Part shown: positions 1-8,349 of the stretch, one piece after another
Layout: each line of letters opens with the position of its first letter
How positions within the stretch are numbered: the first letter of the stretch is position 1
NCBI GenBank assembly: GCA_017450905.1
Contig: JAFSST010000050.1
Location: forward strand, 1 to 55,314
Reading direction: 5' to 3'
DNA: 55,314 nucleotides
Source of the DNA: Alphaproteobacteria bacterium
GTDB taxonomy: Bacteria; Pseudomonadota; Alphaproteobacteria; Rs-D84
Notes under the pieces: generated by a model
Databases searched by the model: none
What the model was told of the DNA's origin: nothing
Seen by the model: only the letters and a program-made list of their open reading frames with translations
Position numbers and translations under genes: made by a program

Positions 1-151
1 CACCAGCCGGCCCAGATATTTTTTCAACATTATTTCCAATCGCAACATCAGAAAACCGAACCAAAACCGAATTATCGCAACCCCCGTCAGGCACCCATAA
101 CGCAACTTTATCGGTAATGTCTTCATAAAGATAATCGGTTTTTATAATCAT
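1..151 (-). CDS. hypothetical protein, first 50 codons only (gene continues past window start)
   Basis: Minus-strand ATG at 151-149 opens the frame MIIKTDYLYEDITDKVALWVPDGGCDNSVLVRF..., which has no stop down to position 1. It is absent from the ORF track because it is truncated. No family recognised. Confidence 0.3.
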   Translation of the reverse strand, partial: MIIKTDYLYEDITDKVALWVPDGGCDNSVLVRFSDVAIGNNVEKISGPAG

Positions 152-176
152 AACGCTTTTTATTTTACCACAAAAA

Positions 177-185
177 TGATATAAT
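177..185 (+). promoter_or_regulatory. extended -10 promoter element TGATATAAT for the 197..2276 operon
   Basis: Exact TGnTATAAT match ending 11 nt before the ATG at 197. The same 9-mer recurs at three other gene starts in this window. Confidence 0.5.
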
Positions 186-196
186 CTAAAAAAGAA

Positions 197-1108
197 ATGA
201 AAATAAATTTAGATAAATTTTTTTTGGGGATATTATGGTTGCTGACAATTACGCTGGCGACCACGTTTTGGATGAACATAAAATATGGTTTTAACATATT
301 TTCATCAACACATTGGGCATATTTATCGGAAATCCAGGCATCACGTGCACCGGTCCGGGACGGGTTTTATTTGTCGCTGATTGTTGCGATATTGGTTGGA
401 ATAATCGGGCTGTATATATGTATTCGCCCGCGTTTTCGTAAAATACCATTACCGGTGGCACTTAAACAACCCGACAAAATTTCGAATGAACAAAAACCAA
501 TGGAAACACCATCGGATAAAACGGTTGCCCCACAAAACACATCGGTGGAAGACCAACCAACTAAACCAATGCCCGTTGGATTAACCCGCCCTTTGAGTCC
601 TGTGAGTGGAACGGCATTACGGGTCACCCCGCAACATCAAATCGCACCTGTTGCAAACACAATGGCGACATCAACACAACCAAACAGTGAATTAAACAAA
701 AAAATCGGTGAAATTTTTGCCCAGGCCGGATACATCGTAAAACCCTGCAAGGCCATCGGTGCGTTACAATCGCCCGCAATTGCGGTGGGATACGATCAAT
801 CTGTGTGGATTGGCGTAACAAACAAATCGCCCCAGGAAACCCAAGGGGCCATCGATACATTGGTGTCGTTTTTTTCAGACACTTTGGGTGAAACAGCCGC
901 CGACATCAATGTCAACGCGTGTATTGTTAATCCATCTGGTAACGCGGAAGATACATCAGATGCAATACATTTATTCTCTACACTTGACAAACTGGACCAA
1001 TTTATGGCAGAAAATAATAATAAGGAGCCAGAAGATTTTGAACCTGAACTGTTTGATGCGTTTTCATCATACATTGATACAGTTATGAATTACATAGGGA
1101 AACACTGA
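197..1108 (+). CDS. hypothetical membrane protein (two N-terminal TM helices, P/T/Q-rich linker, unassigned C-terminal domain)
   Basis: 303-aa ORF. Hydrophobic segments FFLGILWLLTITLATTFWM and FYLSLIVAILVGIIGLYICI are followed by a proline-rich low-complexity stretch and a globular C-terminus of about 130 aa. Its stop overlaps the next start (TGATG). Confidence 0.6.
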   Translation: MKINLDKFFLGILWLLTITLATTFWMNIKYGFNIFSSTHWAYLSEIQASRAPVRDGFYLSLIVAILVGIIGLYICIRPRFRKIPLPVALKQPDKISNEQKPMETPSDKTVAPQNTSVEDQPTKPMPVGLTRPLSPVSGTALRVTPQHQIAPVANTMATSTQPNSELNKKIGEIFAQAGYIVKPCKAIGALQSPAIAVGYDQSVWIGVTNKSPQETQGAIDTLVSFFSDTLGETAADINVNACIVNPSGNAEDTSDAIHLFSTLDKLDQFMAENNNKEPEDFEPELFDAFSSYIDTVMNYIGKH

Positions 1109-1611
1109 TGCAATGGACAGAATCGAACGCCGAAAAACGTCTATCAGAGCTGAAAATGCCTGATATGCCCATAATGCAAATAATCCCAAAAACAACCCCA
1201 GTAGAATCAAATTGGTTTCAGAAATATAAAGAACTTTGTCACGATTTTGTCCGTTCGTTGGGCGACAGTGTCCAGGAATTGGCATTGATGAATTTGTCTC
1301 GCGATGAGTTTATGGATTTGTTAACCGGCCGAAAAATACCGGGAAATATATCTTTTAGATTAAAAATACCATTGGTTTGGGGTGGAAAATTGGACATAGA
1401 TAATATGTTTATGTGTTTCACTTTTCCGCAATCTCATAACCTGGACAGATTCATATTGGAACAATCAGGAAACGAAATAATATGGGTGCCGAACCCATCA
1501 CGAAAAATTTATCTGCCGATACATTCTACTATTACCGGCAACGGTGGTAATGCGGTTCCCGACAGATTGAATCAATTTGCCGCAACCGTTTCCACAAACC
1601 GCAGACAATAA
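1108..1611 (+). CDS. hypothetical protein with degenerate HNH/EndoVII-like signature
   Basis: 167-aa ORF translationally coupled to the upstream gene. The segment LKIPLVWGGKLDIDNMFMCFTFPQSHN has HNH-like spacing (xH..P...GG.....N........H), but Lys replaces the first His. Confidence 0.5.
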   Translation: MQWTESNAEKRLSELKMPDMPIMQIIPKTTPVESNWFQKYKELCHDFVRSLGDSVQELALMNLSRDEFMDLLTGRKIPGNISFRLKIPLVWGGKLDIDNMFMCFTFPQSHNLDRFILEQSGNEIIWVPNPSRKIYLPIHSTITGNGGNAVPDRLNQFAATVSTNRRQ

Positions 1612-1630
1612 ACCCAGGGAAACACGCATT

Positions 1631-2065
1631 ATGGAAATTCAAGATTTTTTGGGAAATATGAAATCACGTGGGGCCTTTCTGGCACCCCCGCCCACCCCCA
1701 GTCAAACAAGTGTTACAAATATAAATTTACAAAAAATACATGCTGCGACGTTACCTTCGTATATGTTGAATATCTATAATATATGTGGCGGTATAATTTT
1801 AGATTCTGGTTATATATTGGGCCCCGCCGAATTCAGACATAAAAATCAACACCCTGTCCCCAGCATTTTTCAAATAAATCAAAACATGTCCAATTTGTCC
1901 GAAGTATATGGCAAAACCATATTTGGAATAAATGACTTGTTCTTCTTTGCGTTTGATTCATTTGGAAATTGCATGATGATGGACAAACAAAATCTGGCTA
2001 TTTTGCGTAAATATGACAATGTGTTTCGTGCGATGACCGATTGCTTAATGGGCGGAAAATTTTAA
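1631..2065 (+). CDS. SMI1/KNR4 (SUKH)-like protein, hypothetical
   Basis: The ORF track gives 1577..2065. The ATG at 1631 (MEIQDF...) follows AGGGA and avoids overlapping the upstream gene. LPSYMLNIYNICGG and IFGINDLFFFAFDSFGNCMMMD match the SUKH-family pattern from memory. Confidence 0.5.
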   Translation: MEIQDFLGNMKSRGAFLAPPPTPSQTSVTNINLQKIHAATLPSYMLNIYNICGGIILDSGYILGPAEFRHKNQHPVPSIFQINQNMSNLSEVYGKTIFGINDLFFFAFDSFGNCMMMDKQNLAILRKYDNVFRAMTDCLMGGKF

Positions 2066-2066
2066 A

Positions 2067-2276
2067 ATGAAAAAAATATCTGTATCTTTATCCGGGCATC
2101 AAACCAGCATTTCACTGGAACCTGAATTTATTCAGGTTTTACACGACATCGCGAACAAACGCGGTATGTCGATTGCATCACTTGTTGCCGAAATTGATTC
2201 GCATCGGCAAATTAACACCAATTTATCATCAGCCATACGCGTATGGATTTTAAAATACTTGTGCCAAAAAAATTAA
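2067..2276 (+). CDS. ribbon-helix-helix domain protein (RHH_4 type, common in alphaproteobacteria)
   Basis: 69 aa. SVSLSGHQTSISLEPEFIQVLHDIANKRGMSIASLVAEID...NLSSAIRVWIL matches the RHH_4 pattern. Confidence 0.75.
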   Translation: MKKISVSLSGHQTSISLEPEFIQVLHDIANKRGMSIASLVAEIDSHRQINTNLSSAIRVWILKYLCQKN

Positions 2277-4291
2277 CGTTTTTTTGTTTTTCTTGAAACA
2301 CTTGATGTCCATATAGTCGCCAAACACGAAACTATTAAAATAATTATAATCCAGTTATCGCGACCTATTTCCCGATATGCGGTATTATGTGCCCCCCATA
2401 CAAAACCATCCAAATGACCGGCATACCCGATTGGTATTTCCGCGACAACATTACCATTTGATGATATGAACGCACTTATTCCTGAATAGTTTGCACGAAC
2501 AATTGGGATACCTGATTCAACCGCATAACGCCGAACCATATCCAAATGTTGATATGTCCCGGGGGTTTTTCCAAACCAGTTATCATTTGTTATGTTGATA
2601 ATCGCATCGGGGGTTTTCCCAAATGGCAACAAAGAATCAGAAAAAATAATCTCGTAACAAATCGCGGGGGCAAAGGCAAATTCGTTTCCGTTTATATTCA
2701 ACGAAATTATTTCTGGGCCGTTTCCCGGTGTCAATTGTCCCGGCGTTGGGATAATATCACCAAAGGGTCTGTATTCACCAAACGGCACAAGATGAGATTT
2801 GCTGTATACGTTGGAAATCTGACCTTTTTCATCAGACACTATCATTGAATTATACATCTTTCCATTATTAAAATAATTAGCCCCCATGATAACGGGTTTA
2901 TTCAAACGATTGGCCAACGGCAAAGTATCATTTTCAACAATCACAAACGGATAAGAGGTTTCAGGGAAAATCACAAAATCATAATCACCTTCATCAGATG
3001 CCAATGTTATCAAGGTTTCTGTATTTTGTTTTGCGTTTTGTAACGCTGCCTCACGCGAATGCGATGCTTTCTGTATTGCGGTTTGTGCCGGTTGAACAAC
3101 ACGTATTAACGGCGATGTGGCACCATTTGTTATCTCGGAAATTTTAATGTTTTTGATTCCATACAAAATCCCAATACCGCCAAACGACAAAAATAAAATT
3201 AAACTAAACCAATTAAGCCCCGAATTTTTATCCTTGATGATTTCACATATTGCGGCAATTAAACCGATAATAACAAAAGTCAAGCCCAACGCCCCATAAA
3301 GCGACATTGAATTTGACACATAAATTTGATTCATTGATATGTTAGCAATCGGATTCCACGGAAAACCGGTACACAGCCATTCACGCAACCATAAAACAAC
3401 CGCCCAAACACCGGCAAACAAAAATGGTCTGCACGCCGGATTTGCACGCATAGAAGAAATTGATAAAAACGGTATTGAAAAAATTATTCCCCCAACAAGA
3501 CCTATACCTATAATTCCCGGCACGGTCCATACGGCGAATTGTTCCGCCAATTCCGGAACAACATAAATGCTGTTTAAAACCCACCAAAACATTGCGACCG
3601 AATACGTGAAACTGAACGGTAACACCGCAAGGAATTTTTTTATTCCGCCCATTCCTGGCAAATAACGAACAGTTAACAGATACGCCCCACCTATTCCGAT
3701 TAATGTCCACCACCACATATAGAAAGGTGCAAACCCCAACGAAGCCAAAAAACCGCACAACAAAAATAATACCGTCCGCCCAATACAGCCACTAAAAAAA
3801 TTCTGGAATACGGCAATTGTTTTTGACCCTGGACAACAACTTGCATCATTACACACAACATTAACATCGGCATACGGATTTTTATATCCCAACTTTTTTA
3901 ATATCGATGTTTCTTTGGATTCCATACGATTTGCATCACGCTCGTTAATATGATCGTATCCCAACAAATGCAAAACCCCGTGAACAACCATATGTGCGGT
4001 ATGTTCCTCGATCGATATGTTTTCACGTTTTGCTTCGGATTTAACCGTATCCAGCGATATAAAAATATCCCCCAACAAAACATCATCACCCAATTCAAAC
4101 GATAAAACGTTGGTCGGTTTATTTATATTACGATATTTTTTGTTAATCTTTTTTATATCCTTGTCATCGACCAAGGTTATTGATATTTCCGAATCCTTGT
4201 ATACATTGGAAACTGCGGCATTAGCAATTTTTTCAAAATCTATATTATACCTTTTCCAACGTTTATTCTGATAGTTAACATATACTTTCAT
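2273..4291 (-). CDS. ybeY/lnt: fusion protein: YbeY-type rRNA maturation endoribonuclease (N-terminal) plus apolipoprotein N-acyltransferase Lnt (C-terminal)
   Basis: One uninterrupted ORF (the track extends it to 4327). The ATG at 4291 is preceded by AGAGGT. The N-terminus has the YbeY zinc motif HGVLHLLGYDH. The C-terminus has multiple TM helices plus the Lnt E-K-C triad contexts FPETSYPF, SKSHLVPFGEYRP and PAICYEIIF. Confidence 0.85.
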   Translation of the reverse strand: MKVYVNYQNKRWKRYNIDFEKIANAAVSNVYKDSEISITLVDDKDIKKINKKYRNINKPTNVLSFELGDDVLLGDIFISLDTVKSEAKRENISIEEHTAHMVVHGVLHLLGYDHINERDANRMESKETSILKKLGYKNPYADVNVVCNDASCCPGSKTIAVFQNFFSGCIGRTVLFLLCGFLASLGFAPFYMWWWTLIGIGGAYLLTVRYLPGMGGIKKFLAVLPFSFTYSVAMFWWVLNSIYVVPELAEQFAVWTVPGIIGIGLVGGIIFSIPFLSISSMRANPACRPFLFAGVWAVVLWLREWLCTGFPWNPIANISMNQIYVSNSMSLYGALGLTFVIIGLIAAICEIIKDKNSGLNWFSLILFLSFGGIGILYGIKNIKISEITNGATSPLIRVVQPAQTAIQKASHSREAALQNAKQNTETLITLASDEGDYDFVIFPETSYPFVIVENDTLPLANRLNKPVIMGANYFNNGKMYNSMIVSDEKGQISNVYSKSHLVPFGEYRPFGDIIPTPGQLTPGNGPEIISLNINGNEFAFAPAICYEIIFSDSLLPFGKTPDAIINITNDNWFGKTPGTYQHLDMVRRYAVESGIPIVRANYSGISAFISSNGNVVAEIPIGYAGHLDGFVWGAHNTAYREIGRDNWIIIILIVSCLATIWTSSVSRKTKKR

Positions 4292-4347
4292 AACTTTACC
4301 TCTATCCCAAGAACGCTTCACACGCATAGCATTTTTTCATTTATCCA

Positions 4348-4376
4348 TTGATAATCAGACTTTTATTTAATATGAT
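4348..4376 (+). promoter_or_regulatory. sigma70-like promoter for rarA (TTGATA-17 nt-TATGAT)
   Basis: -35 TTGATA at 4348-4353, a 17-nt spacer, and -10 TATGAT at 4371-4376, about 30 nt upstream of the rarA ATG. Confidence 0.45.
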
Positions 4377-4377
4377 G

Positions 4378-4392
4378 ATTATATCACAAAAA
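4378..4392 (-). promoter_or_regulatory. conserved 15-mer TTTTTGTGATATAAT (extended -10) upstream of ybeY/lnt
   Basis: The plus strand reads ATTATATCACAAAAA. An identical 15-mer occurs at 8308-8322 and 10589-10603. Confidence 0.5.
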
Positions 4393-4406
4393 ATCACAAT
4401 AGTAAA

Positions 4407-5693
4407 ATGCAGAATATGACCAGACCACTTGCAGATATTATGCGACCAAACACAATCGATGACATTGTGGGTCAAACCGCGTTGCTGGGCGAAAACGGTA
4501 TAATTCGCCGTATGGTTGATAATCATAAGTTATCTAATTTGTTGCTGTGGGGGCCACCGGGGTGTGGCAAAACCACGATTGCACGTGCATTGGCGAATTC
4601 TGTTGATATGGACTTTGTTCCACTTTCTGCGGTGTTTTCTGGAACAGCCGACATAAAAAAGACGATGGAAATCGCCCGAACGAACGCATCTATTGGTCGC
4701 GGCACATTGTTGTTTATTGACGAAATACATCGATTTAACAAAACACAACAGGATACTTTATTACCATACCTGGAAGATGGGACGGTCGTATTCATCGGTG
4801 CGACAACCGAAAACCCCAGTTTTAATTTGAATAACGCGTTATTATCGCGTTGTCATGTCGGTGTTCTGGAACCGCTGGATACGGCGGATTTATTGGAACT
4901 GGCGGCACGTGCAGAAAAATTTTTAAATAAAAAATTACCACTAACTGATGATGCTAAATTGCATTTGACCGAAAATTCTGATGGTGATGCACGATTTTTA
5001 TTAAACACAATTGAATACCTGGTTTCGGCAAATTTCAAACACGAATTGACATCCAAGGAATTGGATTCGGTTATACAAAAACGCGCCCCTATGTCGGATA
5101 AAAGTGGTGATGAACATTATAATTTAATTTCAGCGGTTCATAAATCATTACGTGCCAGCGACACCGATGCCGCACTGTATTGGGTTGCCCGTATGATGAC
5201 CGCCGGTCAAGACCCAATGTATTTGTTCCGCCGATTAACACGCTTTGCAATGGAGGATATTGGACTGGCCGATCCGAATGCGATGCAACTGGCACTTTCC
5301 GCGTGGCAGGTTTATGAACGTATGGGGTCTCCCGAGGGTGATTTGGCATTAACAGAGTTGGTTATATATTTGGGGACCGCACCAAAAAGTATTTCTAATT
5401 ACAAGGCACAATCCGCCGCATACGCGGCCGCACGCGAAAACGGAAATTTGATGCCACCAAAAAACATCCTTAACGCACCGACAAAAATGATGAAAAATCT
5501 GGGGTATGGTGCGGGGTATGTATATGACCCGGAAACAAAATCCGGGTGCAGCGGTCAAAACTGTTTTCCGGAATCCATGGGTCGCCGAAAATTTTATCAT
5601 CCGGTTGAACGTGGGTTTGAACGTGAAATAAAAAAACGTCTTGAATACTGGGACGGTTTGCGAAAAAAATCGGAAACATCGAACAACGAATAA
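4407..5693 (+). CDS. rarA: replication-associated recombination protein A (AAA+ ATPase RarA/MgsA)
   Basis: Walker A LLWGPPGCGKTT, Walker B LLFIDEIHRFNKTQQD, and a C-terminal MgsA-type helical domain (ALYWVARM..GQDP). An alternative ATG lies at 4416. Confidence 0.9.
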   Translation: MQNMTRPLADIMRPNTIDDIVGQTALLGENGIIRRMVDNHKLSNLLLWGPPGCGKTTIARALANSVDMDFVPLSAVFSGTADIKKTMEIARTNASIGRGTLLFIDEIHRFNKTQQDTLLPYLEDGTVVFIGATTENPSFNLNNALLSRCHVGVLEPLDTADLLELAARAEKFLNKKLPLTDDAKLHLTENSDGDARFLLNTIEYLVSANFKHELTSKELDSVIQKRAPMSDKSGDEHYNLISAVHKSLRASDTDAALYWVARMMTAGQDPMYLFRRLTRFAMEDIGLADPNAMQLALSAWQVYERMGSPEGDLALTELVIYLGTAPKSISNYKAQSAAYAAARENGNLMPPKNILNAPTKMMKNLGYGAGYVYDPETKSGCSGQNCFPESMGRRKFYHPVERGFEREIKKRLEYWDGLRKKSETSNNE

Positions 5694-5707
5694 AAGGTTA
5701 AAATCTC

Positions 5708-6232
5708 ATGAGGAAAGTTGTTATTTTATTATCATTATTTTTTACAACAGAAGGTTTTGCAAAATCTACAATCGAGAGCATTGGCGATTTCACCCAGGTT
5801 ATTGTCCCGGCATATGCTTTTGGAATGGCAATTAACGAAGATGGATGGACGGGTGCAAAACAATTTGTAACACAATTTGCCGCATCACAAATTACGGTCG
5901 AAGGATTGAAACTTGCAATTCCCGAAGAACGCCCAGACCACAGCGATAAACGTTCCTTTCCCAGCGGTCATTCGGCATGTGCCTTTTCTGGTGCGGCGTT
6001 TATCCACAAACGTTACGGAATAAAACGTGCAATCATTCCATACCTGGCGGCGGGCTTTACCGGGTTTTCACGGGTCCACGCAAAAAGACATCATATCCAC
6101 GATGTTTTGGCCGGTGCCGCAATCGGCGGATTGTCCGGATATTTTTTGACAACGCGGTATAACGACAAATCCCAGGCTAACATTGAATTGTTACCCGATG
6201 GTGCAAAATTGAATTTTTATACCAAGTTCTAG
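5708..6232 (+). CDS. PAP2 superfamily phosphatase (lipid phosphate phosphatase-like), secreted or membrane-associated
   Basis: N-terminal signal-like segment. PAP2 tripartite motif: EERPDH...PSGHS...SRVHAKRHHIHD. Confidence 0.8.
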   Translation: MRKVVILLSLFFTTEGFAKSTIESIGDFTQVIVPAYAFGMAINEDGWTGAKQFVTQFAASQITVEGLKLAIPEERPDHSDKRSFPSGHSACAFSGAAFIHKRYGIKRAIIPYLAAGFTGFSRVHAKRHHIHDVLAGAAIGGLSGYFLTTRYNDKSQANIELLPDGAKLNFYTKF

Positions 6233-6960
6233 AACAGTATATTAATCTGGGCACCGACTGAAACTTCTTCTTTTTCAAATTCGTATGCGACCCGCCCCAT
6301 ATATTGTGTGCGGCCATATTGACGAACCAACTTTCCCGCGATAGTTTCTTCATCAAACGCCGGGGTCGTTGCCTTACGCAGACCAACATCAACCCCCAAT
6401 CGCCAAACGGGTGCTATACGGAAATAAATTTCCGGGTTCAAATCAATAAACGCCATACCACGCACATCATCGAAAATCCAACTGGACTTTATTGTTGCGG
6501 CAATTGTTATACCATCATATTGTCGCCCAAAACGAAGTCCCGCATAATATGTTGAATCGGCATAATCCGGTGTTCTGACATTTTTGTTACCACCAAATTT
6601 TAATCCGAATACCGCATCATAAATGAAACGCCTGATTGTTTCACTGGCTGTTCCCAAACGATATATACCGCCAACATCTATACTGGAAAAACCGTCCTGG
6701 TCGTTGTCAAAGTTTTGTTGATAATGAACATTGGCACCCAAAGAAAAACGTTCAGTAAAACCATAGGACAAAAATTGTCCAAACCTGAAACCATTTCCAT
6801 TGTGCTTGTTACCATCAAAATAATACAAGTCGGTTTTTGAAAATAAATCCGAATACCCCGGTATAAACAGTGGGTCGTTCGAATCCAGTGATAATTCTGA
6901 TGGCAACGCCGGTGTTACACACCACAGCCCCATAAAAAGCCCAAACAAGAATTTACGCAT
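6229..6960 (-). CDS. outer-membrane beta-barrel protein, hypothetical
   Basis: Signal peptide MRKFLFGLFMGLWCVTPALPS, an alternating aromatic/glycine-rich strand pattern, and a C-terminal ...INILF ending in Phe. Confidence 0.65.
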   Translation of the reverse strand: MRKFLFGLFMGLWCVTPALPSELSLDSNDPLFIPGYSDLFSKTDLYYFDGNKHNGNGFRFGQFLSYGFTERFSLGANVHYQQNFDNDQDGFSSIDVGGIYRLGTASETIRRFIYDAVFGLKFGGNKNVRTPDYADSTYYAGLRFGRQYDGITIAATIKSSWIFDDVRGMAFIDLNPEIYFRIAPVWRLGVDVGLRKATTPAFDEETIAGKLVRQYGRTQYMGRVAYEFEKEEVSVGAQINILF

Positions 6961-7016
6961 TTATCAACCTCATAAAATGTTGGAGATAATTGCTATCACC
7001 AACACTATATCGTATA

Positions 7017-8282
7017 TTAGAAATAGAATATAACCTGACCACCAATCGAGTATTCGGAATAATTATCCAATTTCGATCTGCCCAGATACCCTTCGGTCAA
7101 GACATTTCCATTATCGGTATCAATATATGTCCCGTATGTTGGCAAATGTTGACCTTCGGCACTGTCATAGAAAGACATTTTTCCATACAAATTAAATGCA
7201 AACCAATCATCAGGCTGCCACCCAACAGATACACGGCCCGCACCCTGGTTGTGCCAATCATAATTACCAAGTGTCAATTCCAAATTCAATGTCCAATCTT
7301 CGTTCAAAACACTGAATACACCGATACCACCTTCAAAGAACATTTTGGTATCAACATTTGTATCGTATGCGATAAAGAATCCACCAACGGTTCCGTCTTC
7401 CATTTCACCAACGATACCGTTCCCGTATGTATCTTCGTCAAAATCGACCAACCACGCACGACCGAAACCATATATAGTAGATTTTGCGATTTTATACCCT
7501 GCACGCAAATCCACAATGAATTCGTTTGCGACATCTTTCTGTCTTTCGTAATATCCAGACAATGTTGCAATCCATTTGTCATTATCAACAAAACGTCCCT
7601 GGATGCCGATACCATATATATTCAAACCAGAATCGTGCATTTTATCATCCAACGAATTCGCCCAATCCAGTTTATAATCACTCATGTCATATCTGGCCAT
7701 TGCAACGATACCTATGCGATCCGTGATACCATAACTGAAATCTTCCTTGATGGCGAATTGCTTCATACTCCATTTCGCATCAACATCTGAAAAACTTACA
7801 ACCGGCGAAACCCGCAAATCATACGATGCGTGATTATATGAAAAATCCGTAATAGACCCAAATTTCCCTTCGGTTGGTTGAAAGAAAGGGTGTGCCAAAT
7901 AGTATTTACGTTTTAATTGTGTTTTAACAGTTTCCGTCCGGGTTGTTGTCCGTGCGGTGTTTACATTATTACCATACGAACGTGCATATCCGTAACGACC
8001 ACTGTTATCATACGAACGAGTATTATATGAACGAGAATAGTCATTATTATATGTCCGAACATTATTATTGTATGCCGCCCTGTTACCATTATCGTATGCA
8101 CGATACATTTGGCTGCGTCCGGAACCGACCGTGCTATTCACGCTGTAATTATTATACGAACGTGTTTCATATCTCTCGTAATTCGTATTGTTGCTACGAA
8201 CATCCGACATTGGTGCCGCCAATACAGGGGCCATACCAAACGCCGCAACCGCCCAAACAAATAAAGACATCTGCTTTTTCAT
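7017..8282 (-). CDS. outer-membrane beta-barrel protein with N/Y/R/S-rich low-complexity N-terminal region
   Basis: The track ORF runs to 8309, but the ATG at 8282 (MKKQMSLFVWAVAAFGMAPVLA, a signal peptide) is preceded by AGGAAAGGAG. The C-terminal half has beta-barrel character and ends VIFYF. Confidence 0.7.
   Translation of the reverse strand: MKKQMSLFVWAVAAFGMAPVLAAPMSDVRSNNTNYERYETRSYNNYSVNSTVGSGRSQMYRAYDNGNRAAYNNNVRTYNNDYSRSYNTRSYDNSGRYGYARSYGNNVNTARTTTRTETVKTQLKRKYYLAHPFFQPTEGKFGSITDFSYNHASYDLRVSPVVSFSDVDAKWSMKQFAIKEDFSYGITDRIGIVAMARYDMSDYKLDWANSLDDKMHDSGLNIYGIGIQGRFVDNDKWIATLSGYYERQKDVANEFIVDLRAGYKIAKSTIYGFGRAWLVDFDEDTYGNGIVGEMEDGTVGGFFIAYDTNVDTKMFFEGGIGVFSVLNEDWTLNLELTLGNYDWHNQGAGRVSVGWQPDDWFAFNLYGKMSFYDSAEGQHLPTYGTYIDTDNGNVLTEGYLGRSKLDNYSEYSIGGQVIFYF
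7935..8201 (-). repeat. coding low-complexity region (degenerate RSYNN/YNN repeats) inside the OMP gene
   Basis: Protein stretch ...YNNYS..YRAYDNGNRAAYNNNVRTYNNDYSRSYNTRSYDNSGRYGYARSYGNN.... The DNA shows recurring TCATACGAACG/TATACGAACG units. Confidence 0.6.
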
Positions 8283-8307
8283 AAAAAAAACTCCTTTCCT
8301 GGGAAAC

Positions 8308-8322
8308 ATTATATCACAAAAA
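8308..8322 (-). promoter_or_regulatory. conserved 15-mer TTTTTGTGATATAAT (extended -10) upstream of the OMP gene
   Basis: The plus strand reads ATTATATCACAAAAA. In minus sense the order is TGATATAAT, then 7 nt, then the AGGAAAGGAG Shine-Dalgarno, then the ATG at 8282. Confidence 0.55.
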
Positions 8323-8349
8323 CAACATATAAAAAAGCCAAAAAATCAT

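Noticed and set aside
6990-7790. 266-aa plus-strand ORF antisense to the outer-membrane protein gene
   Set aside because: It lies entirely within the well-supported minus-strand OMP gene. Its product is low-complexity, Ile/Cys/Phe-rich, and has no start context. It is a typical shadow ORF of a biased-composition gene.
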